NCBI GenBank assembly: GCA_002494885.1
Contig: DACV01000003.1
Span: forward strand, 77,433 to 109,432
Direction of reading: 5' to 3'
Origin: Methanobacterium sp. UBA44
GTDB taxonomy: Archaea; Methanobacteriota; Methanobacteria; Methanobacteriales; Methanobacteriaceae
Length of the DNA: 32,000 nucleotides
The notes beneath the pieces are model-generated. The model was given only the letters and a program-made list of their open reading frames with translations, searched no databases and was not told where the DNA came from. A program made the position numbers and the translations under genes. Within the stretch, counting starts at the first letter, position 1; each line of letters opens with the position of its first letter. Positions 15,176 to 22,419 of this stretch are shown piece by piece.

Positions 15176-16477
15176 ATGATGGAAATTGCAGATGATACCT
15201 TAAATTTAGCTTTAAAACATTCAGATAACGTTGAAATATTTGTAGAAAAAGAAAAGAGTATTGATCTGGATATCCAAAAAAATGAGATTAACTTTGCAAA
15301 AGAAGCATTTACTTACGGATTAGGAGTTCGAATAATTTTAAATGGAAAAATGGGATTTTCATATACTACCAACACTGATAAAATTGAAGAAACCGTTGAA
15401 AATGCTTTATTTAATGCAAAATCCAATATAGCTGATAAGAATTTTGGATTAGCTCAAAAATCAGAATATATAAAAGTTAAAGGAATTTATGATAAAAAAA
15501 TCAATTCTCTACAGATTGAAGATTCCATAGAATTTGCAAAAACAATGATAAATGCTGTTGAAGATGCAAAATGCGAACCAACATCTGGAGGATTTTCTGC
15601 AGGTTATGGTGAAACTTTAATCTTAAATTCAAATGACGTTGAATGCAGGGACAAATCCTCCATGTTTTCTGGATTTATAGCGGTGAATGCAGAAGAAAAT
15701 GGAGAAATATCAACAGCATATGAAGGAAAATCTTCCAGAAGTTACGACATAGATCCTATTTGGATTGCAGAAAATGCTTCCAGGATTGCAAAGAATTCAC
15801 TTAATGGCCAGTCTGTAGAAACCAAAGACATAAATGTTTTATTAGATTATCGTGCAGCATCAGGCCTTTTTGGAACTTTCGTTAATGCTGTAAATGCAGA
15901 TAACGTGCAAAGGGGAAGATCTATATTTGCAAATGAAATTGGTAATGAAGTTATAACACCTTCTTTAAGTATTTATGATGATGGAACCTATGAAGGCGGG
16001 CTTGGTTCATCAATAGGTGATGGAGAAGGAACTGCAAGCCAAAAAACACCAGTTATTGAAGATGGAGTGCTTAAAAATTTCCTTTATGACATATACACCG
16101 CGAAAAAAGGGAATGCTCAAAGTACAGGTAATGGAATGAGGGCATCATTTGCAGATATGCCTGCTGTAGGTTTAAGCAACTTTATTTTAGAATTTAAAGA
16201 TTTAATTGATATTTCAGAGATTAAGGAAGGAATAATTGTAACAGATGTCCTTGGAGCACATACTGCTAACCCTATTTCTGGCGATTTTTCAGTAGAAGCA
16301 AATAATTCATTTAAGATAGAAAATGGAGAAATAAGCACCCCTGTGAAAAAAGCGATGCTTTCTGGAAATATATTTAACCTGATGAAAGGTGTAGCAGGAA
16401 TTTCTGGAGAAATACGTCAAATGGGGCCTTTTGTTATTCCACGCCTCCTGGCAAGAAGTTTAAGGGTTGTAGGATGA
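15176..16477 (+). CDS. TldD/PmbA family metalloprotease-like protein
   Basis: 433 aa. GVRIILNGKMGFSYT near the N-terminus and C-terminal GAHTANPISGDFS...G...I are typical of PmbA/TldD. Confidence 0.8.
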   Translation: MMEIADDTLNLALKHSDNVEIFVEKEKSIDLDIQKNEINFAKEAFTYGLGVRIILNGKMGFSYTTNTDKIEETVENALFNAKSNIADKNFGLAQKSEYIKVKGIYDKKINSLQIEDSIEFAKTMINAVEDAKCEPTSGGFSAGYGETLILNSNDVECRDKSSMFSGFIAVNAEENGEISTAYEGKSSRSYDIDPIWIAENASRIAKNSLNGQSVETKDINVLLDYRAASGLFGTFVNAVNADNVQRGRSIFANEIGNEVITPSLSIYDDGTYEGGLGSSIGDGEGTASQKTPVIEDGVLKNFLYDIYTAKKGNAQSTGNGMRASFADMPAVGLSNFILEFKDLIDISEIKEGIIVTDVLGAHTANPISGDFSVEANNSFKIENGEISTPVKKAMLSGNIFNLMKGVAGISGEIRQMGPFVIPRLLARSLRVVG

Positions 16478-16610
16478 GAAATCTTTTTTAATATTTTAAG
16501 CAATTTCAAGCTTAAATATCTAATTTATTTTAAAGTAATGATAAAATCAATAGAGTTTTTTGGGTTAGTATCTTAAAAATTGTATATTAGTAAAACCAAA
16601 ATATTAATAC

Positions 16611-17663
16611 ATGTGGAGAATAGATCGTCCAGATTCCCTAAATATTACTGGAAATAATCCAGTAGCAAAAGAACTTTCTACTTATTCAGAAATCATGTTA
16701 AATACAAGACTTTCAAGGTCAAAAGTCGCCAGGATGATAGAAGTAGATAAAAATGAAGATATGTGGGTTGAACATGAGAATATAATGAAAAAATTCAACG
16801 AAAATTATAACAAATTAGTCTTAACTAACCTTAAAAAGCCTGATTTCTCATATCTTGATTTAAAAATCAAAATTACAGAAAAAATCTTTGAAAACTGTTA
16901 TTTTTGCGAAAGAAGATGCTATATTAATAGAAATGTTGACATGGGAGTATGTAATATTTCAAGGCCAAAAATAGCCTCTGAATTCATGCATATGGGGGAA
17001 GAAGCACCACTTGTCCCCAGCCATACTATTTTCTTTGCAGGATGCAACTTTGAATGTATTTACTGCCAGAACTGGGATATCAGTCAGTCTGCAAATCGAG
17101 GGATGGAAATTGAAGAGAGGAAAATGGCAAAAATAATTGATTTAAGACGAAAAGAAGGTTCAAGGAATGTAAACTTCGTTGGGGGCGATCCAACGCCTAA
17201 TTTATTATATATCTTAAAAACAATGAATCTGAGCAAAGAAAACATCCCTGTGGTCTGGAACAGCAATTTTTATATGAGTGAGGATGCAATGAAAGTTCTT
17301 GATGGCTTTATTGATCTCTATTTAAGTGATTTTAAGTATGGGCCATCTGATTGCGCACAAAGGCTTTCAGGAGTGTCTGATTACTGGAATATTGTAACAA
17401 GAAATCACAAAATGGCAAAAGAAGCAGGGGATATGATTATAAGGCATCTTGTACTTCCAAATCATGTAGAATGCTGCTCAAAGCCTATTTTAAAGTGGAT
17501 AAAGGCCAATTTAGGAAAAAATACAGTTGTAAATATTATGGGTCAGTACAGGCCTGTTTATAAGGCAGCCGAATGTAAAGAAATTGCAACACATCCTGAT
17601 CCTGAGGAAATTGAAGAAGCAATAAATTACGCAAAAGGAATAGGCTTGATAAGTTTAATCTGA
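16611..17663 (+). CDS. Radical SAM protein, PflX-like (pyruvate formate-lyase activase homologue)
   Basis: CNFECIYCQNWDIS is a CxxxCxxC radical-SAM cluster. It is preceded by an N-terminal Cys-rich segment (CYFCERRCYINR...CN) and followed by NFVGGDPTP. Confidence 0.8.
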   Translation: MWRIDRPDSLNITGNNPVAKELSTYSEIMLNTRLSRSKVARMIEVDKNEDMWVEHENIMKKFNENYNKLVLTNLKKPDFSYLDLKIKITEKIFENCYFCERRCYINRNVDMGVCNISRPKIASEFMHMGEEAPLVPSHTIFFAGCNFECIYCQNWDISQSANRGMEIEERKMAKIIDLRRKEGSRNVNFVGGDPTPNLLYILKTMNLSKENIPVVWNSNFYMSEDAMKVLDGFIDLYLSDFKYGPSDCAQRLSGVSDYWNIVTRNHKMAKEAGDMIIRHLVLPNHVECCSKPILKWIKANLGKNTVVNIMGQYRPVYKAAECKEIATHPDPEEIEEAINYAKGIGLISLI

Positions 17664-18184
17664 TTCTGGATCTGGGATATTTCCTTTTTTAATTGTTTAC
17701 AAAATTAAAGATTTTTGTACTATTCTATTTACTTAGAAATTAGAATATTAAAAAAATAAAAAGAATAGTTAAAAGATATCAAAAACAATCCATAGATATT
17801 ATTAATTATAATCATTTTAAACATAATAATTGCTGATTAATTAATAAAGCTAATTAAAATTCTTAAAATCCCAAATAACTAATTTTAACCCAAATAAAAA
17901 GTTAACAGGTTTTATTTAATGATTATACTTATGATGGTTACATTATAAAAGTAATGTATATACTCTTTTTTGCTAAATAAGATTTTACATAACCAGATTT
18001 GTTAAAAAGACTAATTGAAAGAGCTCGTCCAAAATATCATATTTAAATAACCCCATAACTTGCCCCAAATCATAAAAAGAGCTCATTTAGCGTCTTTTTT
18101 TTGAATTGAAATCAAAAGATTTATATGGTATAGGGCATTAAGTAGTGCCTACCCATAGAAAACCCCTGATTGGTTTTTTGATGA

Positions 18185-19639
18185 TTGGGAATCGGAGGCG
18201 GTATAATTACGAAGAAATTGCTTTTTGCAGCCCTATTAATATCCAGTCTATTCCTGTCTGGTATAGCTGGTGTAAGCGCAACAGACGCGGAAACTGCAGA
18301 AATACAGTCTGATAATAGCAGTACTGTACAAGAAAAGGCAGATATAGAGATAAATAATACAGATAATGTAGATAAATCGGCTACAACGCAAAATCCAGCC
18401 GATGAAAGTGTAAAAACAGTGAAAAATACAGGTACTCCTAAGGCAAGTACTAAAACTAATCAAACCACAACTGAAACAGAGTCAACCACACAAGACACAG
18501 TAAGTACAGATGTTGATAAAACAACAGAATCTCAAACAGTACCATCAACAGATTCAGCCAGCCAAGATTCAACAGATACAGAAACGAAAGACGTAGATCA
18601 AACTGCAAATGCAGAAAATTCAGTGCCTACATCTCCAGATACAGCAAATAATACCACAAACACTCAAGAAAAATTAGCCGCAGCAGGAGAAACAAAAACT
18701 CCGGCAAGCTTTACTGTAAGTCAAATTAACGATGCAGCAGCTAGAGTCAAAGCATTCATTGAAACCAACAAGAGACTTCCAAAATATGTGACAATTGGTA
18801 CAAGTCAAGTTACAATGCCTGACTTTCTGAAACTACTCAGTGCAGGATTACTACAGATAAATAGTGGGAAAACAGCACCAATAACGCTTAAAAATGTGAA
18901 TACTCCTGTAAAACCAAGTGAAAGTATTAAAAGCGGGAACATATATAAAGCTGGCTATTTGGACCTTGCTAAAAGAGTTAACGCATTTATAGATGCAAAT
19001 GGTAGACTGCCAAATTATACAAGCAGTAATCTTGGTAAACTAACCTATGAATCTTTAATTTATATGTTCTCCCGGGTACTTAACTTCCAGAAAGAAAATA
19101 ACAGATTACCGAATTATGTAGCGGTAAAGCCATGGAGTACCATTGGAACCTCAAGTACAGGAGGAACAACACCAGTTCCAGTACCTGCAGAGTTACAACA
19201 GTATCTTAAAGCTACATCAAATTGCCAAGTTACCAATGCACAAATCAAGTCGCTAACAGCATCGATAACAAATGGTAAAACTTCCACGTACGATAAAGCT
19301 GCGGCAATATTCAACTGGGTAAGGAATAACATAGGTTACTCCTTCTATTACAATACTAAAAAAGGAGCTACAGGTACTTTAAGTGCAAAAACAGCGAATT
19401 GCTGTGATACTGCTCACCTGTTAATAGCTCTTCAAAGAGCAGCAGGAATTCCAGCAAGATATGTCCATGCTAATGCTAAATTCACAAGCGGTAACACTTA
19501 TGGGCACGTTTGGGCAGAAGTGTATGTAAACGGTAAATGGTACACCGCAGATGCAACCAGCTCAAGAAACACATTTGGTGTTGTAAAAAGCTGGACTTCA
19601 GCAACAATAAAAGGGAGATACGCATCATTACCATTCTAA
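18185..19639 (+). CDS. Secreted protein: signal peptide, Thr/Ser/Asp-rich linker, 3 pseudomurein-binding repeats and a transglutaminase/Pei-like cysteine-protease-fold domain
   Basis: Signal-like KKLLFAALLISSLFLSGIAGVSA. Low-complexity T/S/D/N/Q linker at about 18290-18700. Three repeats end in RLPKYV, RLPNYT and RLPNYV (about 18710-19136). The C-terminal core NCCDTAHLLIALQRAAGIPARYV...GHVWAEVYVNGKWYTADAT carries Cys406/407 (19400-19405), His441 (19505-19507) and Asp456 (19550-19552). The start codon is uncertain (TTG 18185, ATT 18206 or TTG 18218). Confidence 0.8.
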   Translation: MGIGGGIITKKLLFAALLISSLFLSGIAGVSATDAETAEIQSDNSSTVQEKADIEINNTDNVDKSATTQNPADESVKTVKNTGTPKASTKTNQTTTETESTTQDTVSTDVDKTTESQTVPSTDSASQDSTDTETKDVDQTANAENSVPTSPDTANNTTNTQEKLAAAGETKTPASFTVSQINDAAARVKAFIETNKRLPKYVTIGTSQVTMPDFLKLLSAGLLQINSGKTAPITLKNVNTPVKPSESIKSGNIYKAGYLDLAKRVNAFIDANGRLPNYTSSNLGKLTYESLIYMFSRVLNFQKENNRLPNYVAVKPWSTIGTSSTGGTTPVPVPAELQQYLKATSNCQVTNAQIKSLTASITNGKTSTYDKAAAIFNWVRNNIGYSFYYNTKKGATGTLSAKTANCCDTAHLLIALQRAAGIPARYVHANAKFTSGNTYGHVWAEVYVNGKWYTADATSSRNTFGVVKSWTSATIKGRYASLPF

Positions 19640-19668
19640 AGGTATTGATCAAATAAAGAGGTAAAAAG

Positions 19669-20046
19669 ATGATTAAAAAATCAATAGTTGCATTAGTAGT
19701 AATTGTAGCAGCAGCAGCCATGGTATTCGGCGCTTCAAACTACACACATTCTGCTATTGACAATTCTAACCCGGAACAGAAAGATTCATCTACTGATAAC
19801 AATACACGCAGCAATGCATCAGACGATAGCACAAATGAGACAAAAATATCTCCAGCAAAAGCCCAGGAAATAGCCCAAAAATACATTGAAGAGCCAGGAA
19901 CAACTGCTGGAACGCCAAAATTGATTAAAACAAATGGTCAATACATATATGTCGTTCCTGTAATAGATAATGGCACAACTGTTGGAGAAATAAACATAGA
20001 TGCAATAAATGGAAAAAATGTTGGGGGTGCAGGAGGAGCACCTTAA
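19669..20046 (+). CDS. Membrane-anchored PepSY-domain protein
   Basis: N-terminal TM helix IVALVVIVAAAAMVF. The C-terminal ISPAKAQEIAQKYI...KTNGQYIYVVPVIDNGTTVGEINIDAINGKNVG matches the PepSY pattern. It lies 29 nt after the upstream gene, with AAGAGG before the ATG. Confidence 0.65.
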   Translation: MIKKSIVALVVIVAAAAMVFGASNYTHSAIDNSNPEQKDSSTDNNTRSNASDDSTNETKISPAKAQEIAQKYIEEPGTTAGTPKLIKTNGQYIYVVPVIDNGTTVGEINIDAINGKNVGGAGGAP

Positions 20047-20079
20047 TGTGTCTTTCCTCCCCTACACAAAAATCTAAGA

Positions 20080-20121
20080 GGAATAAATTGGAAAAACTCC
20101 AATAATATTCCATTTTTTTTT
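20080..20121 (+). terminator. Hairpin plus T9 tract downstream of the PepSY gene
   Basis: GGAATAAATTGGA-AAAAC-TCCAATAATATTCC forms an imperfect 13-bp stem and is followed by a run of nine T (20113-20121). Confidence 0.55.
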
Positions 20122-20386
20122 AAATTTAAATGGTTATTATTATGATACATGTTATAAATTAATATTTTTCAGATATTATGCTTTTTTTAGCTATTTAAGA
20201 CCCTTAAGTAAAAAATAAGATATTTACATATTACTACTGGAAATTTCTTAAGCAATAAAAATAATCTATTCCAAACAAAATATTTAACGAATATAGATAC
20301 AAAAATGATTAAATATTTTTATATTTATCCAGATTTAAATTGTATATTAATTATATTTAATAAAATTCATATTCAAAGGAGTAAAC

Positions 20387-20797
20387 ATGATCTGCGATAA
20401 CTGTGGGGCAATAATCCCTGAAAAAGAAGAATTTTGTCCTAATTGTGGAATGCAACTTGTAGATCTGTATTCAAAACCAAAAAATAAAAAGAAATATAGT
20501 AAAAATTCCAAATCATCAAAAAATTATGATTTCGATTCATTTGATAAGCCCATAAAACAAAAATATATGGGAAATTCAAAACCAGAAAGCTATGATTATT
20601 CCCAGTATCTTGATGACGATGGATACAAAGAACATGAATTCAATGATAACTATGAAGCAAAAAATAAAAGAAAATCAGGTACTGGAATATGGAATATAAT
20701 TATTTTACTGTTAATAGCACTTGTCCTTGGGTTTATTGTGGGTTTATTGATGTTTACATCTCAATTAATCCCCCAAATGCCCGGAATCAATACTTAA
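20387..20797 (+). CDS. Zinc-ribbon membrane protein
   Basis: N-terminal CDNCG...CPNCG zinc ribbon, a Lys/Asn-rich linker and a C-terminal TM helix IWNIIILLLIALVLGFIVGLLMF. AAGGAG lies upstream of the ATG. Confidence 0.6.
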   Translation: MICDNCGAIIPEKEEFCPNCGMQLVDLYSKPKNKKKYSKNSKSSKNYDFDSFDKPIKQKYMGNSKPESYDYSQYLDDDGYKEHEFNDNYEAKNKRKSGTGIWNIIILLLIALVLGFIVGLLMFTSQLIPQMPGINT

Positions 20798-20817
20798 AAG
20801 TTTATTTTGTAAATTAA

Positions 20818-22077
20818 TTAATAACATTTTGAGATTGAAAATTTCCCTTCAAGAATCCTCTTTTTAAGCTCATCGGTTAATTCACGCGCCCTTTTGATAT
20901 CAGATTGTCTACAGACAATGGGGATATCAATTAACCCTTCATCAGTTTCAAATTGTATTTTACCACGTTTCATTTCAAATGTACCGTAAGGACATGAATA
21001 TGCACACATTCCACAACCAAAACATCTTTTTTTATCGAATGTTTCGTTATACGCCCCTGTAGGGCATCTTTCACGTACAATACAGACATTACAATCCATA
21101 CAATTTTCAGGAACATATTGAGGTCTCTCATCCATATTTTTCCAGACAGAGGCATAATCTGTAGCACCTAAAGGCATGTGTCTTCCTTTAATATCTACAA
21201 TCGGTAACGTAATATCCTCATTTAGAATATATGTATTTTTCAGTATTTCATCATTTAAAACAGGGATTGCAGCAGCTACGCTGTTGAAAACCTCCGGCCC
21301 TGCAGCAGTTTTAAATCCTCCAAAGTAATGGGGATTCATATCGAACATATCTGCAGATATCATTAAATTTGGCTTTTCTGGAGTACTTCTTGTACCATTT
21401 CCCATTACAAGCCCCTCAGATCCACAAACAAGGACTTTAGTACCTGTTTTTATGGCATTCATCACCGGATCGTTTTGAAGAGGGTTTAATTCACCGCAAC
21501 CAGAAAATGAAAGTCCTTTATACGGCCCTTCCATTTCTATTGCATTAAATATAGATTTTACCAATTTTTCAGATGGATTTATAAATGCAGTGTAATCCTT
21601 AAACGCTAAACGAGTTCCAATCATTCGTGCTGTACTAAAATCATCTATATTAACTGTTGATTTTATTTTTTCCCCATATATGGATTCAACTTCAATTTCA
21701 ATATCCTTTCCAGAGATTATGTCATTTAATAAGAATCCGCCACCGTAATTTTCGTCATAAATGCTATGTGAAGTTCCATAAACCATCATATCAACTGATC
21801 CAAGCCATTCATTTGGACACGGGCCTGGAAATCCTGGAATTCCATTTAAAAGTACATTTCTAGCTTTTTTAAATGATCCCGGTTCTCCTGCTTTAACATG
21901 GAATATGGCGGCTGTTCCAGACATTATTCCGCATGTCCCTGTGGTTATAACATCCACATCTTCAGCTTTTGGTTCTTCATTATTTCTAACAAGATTACTG
22001 ACTTCTTCTGCTGTAAGAACTGTTGCTTCTCCTCGTTGGATTTTCTGGTTTATTTCTTCAATTGAGCGGATATTCAC
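20818..22077 (-). CDS. DUF39/HcyBio (COG1900)-like domain fused to a 2x[4Fe-4S] ferredoxin domain; methanogenesis-marker-16 type
   Basis: IEEINQKIQRGEATVLTAEEV...DVDVITTGTCGIMSGTAAIF is a COG1900-like N-terminus. The C-terminus has CMDCNVCIVRERCP and CFGCGMCAYSCP. I place the start at GTG (complement of 22075-22077), 6 nt after GGAGG (complement of 22084-22088). The ORF-track extension to 22143 begins at TTG and reads through hairpin repeats. Confidence 0.7.
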   Translation of the reverse strand: MNIRSIEEINQKIQRGEATVLTAEEVSNLVRNNEEPKAEDVDVITTGTCGIMSGTAAIFHVKAGEPGSFKKARNVLLNGIPGFPGPCPNEWLGSVDMMVYGTSHSIYDENYGGGFLLNDIISGKDIEIEVESIYGEKIKSTVNIDDFSTARMIGTRLAFKDYTAFINPSEKLVKSIFNAIEMEGPYKGLSFSGCGELNPLQNDPVMNAIKTGTKVLVCGSEGLVMGNGTRSTPEKPNLMISADMFDMNPHYFGGFKTAAGPEVFNSVAAAIPVLNDEILKNTYILNEDITLPIVDIKGRHMPLGATDYASVWKNMDERPQYVPENCMDCNVCIVRERCPTGAYNETFDKKRCFGCGMCAYSCPYGTFEMKRGKIQFETDEGLIDIPIVCRQSDIKRARELTDELKKRILEGKFSISKCY

Positions 22078-22086
22078 GTTATGCCT

Positions 22087-22269
22087 CCAAAATCTGTGAT
22101 TTTGGTTTAGAAATCTAAGATTTCGAATATTTGTAGGCCACAAAAATCATTAATTTTTGTAGACTATGAATTTCAGGATTCTAAAATCCTGGATTTTCAT
22201 AGTTTCAATATTTTTAAGGTCCGAAAGCTCCTTTAAATTTTATTCAGAATCGAAAAATAATTATTTTTC
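22087..22269. repeat. Tandem array of 6 hairpins (locus b)
   Basis: Checked by hand. 22087-22105: CCAAAATC-TGT-GATTTTGG, 8 bp perfect. 22110-22124: GAAATC-TAA-GATTTC. 22140-22160: ACAAAAAT-CATTA-ATTTTTGT, 8 bp perfect. 22163-22203: outer ACTATGAA/TTCATAGT and inner CAGGATT-CTAA-AATCCTG. 22213-22237: TTTAAGG/CCTT(T)AAA. 22252-22269: perfect palindrome GAAAAATAATTATTTTTC. Confidence 0.8.
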
Positions 22270-22419
22270 CGGTTATAATTTTCTTTAACCTCAGATCATT
22301 ATCTTTTTACATATCATAACCATAACTAAATAAAATTATTTCTCTAATAATTAATTTGTTTAATGATACTAAAATTAATTTTGTATAAAATAATAGCTAA
22401 AAAGAATTAAATTGAAAAA

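Noticed and set aside
18160-18200. C/D-box sRNA candidate (CTGA at 18167-18170 followed 9 nt later by TGATGA at 18179-18184)
   Set aside because: There is no matching upstream C box (RUGAUGA) or downstream D box (CUGA) at the required spacing of about 12 nt. This is probably a chance occurrence in the 5' region of the secreted-protein gene.
18185-19639. Prophage-encoded pseudomurein endoisopeptidase (PeiW/PeiP-like lysis gene)
   Set aside because: The domain logic is similar, but no phage structural, integrase or holin-like genes flank it. The neighbours are a radical-SAM gene, a PepSY gene and a zinc-ribbon membrane protein. I treat it as chromosomal.
22078-22143. 22-codon N-terminal extension of the 441-aa ORF (TTG start)
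   Set aside because: It translates straight through two perfect hairpins and lacks an SD. A GTG at 22077 has GGAGG at ideal spacing and coincides with the start of family homology.
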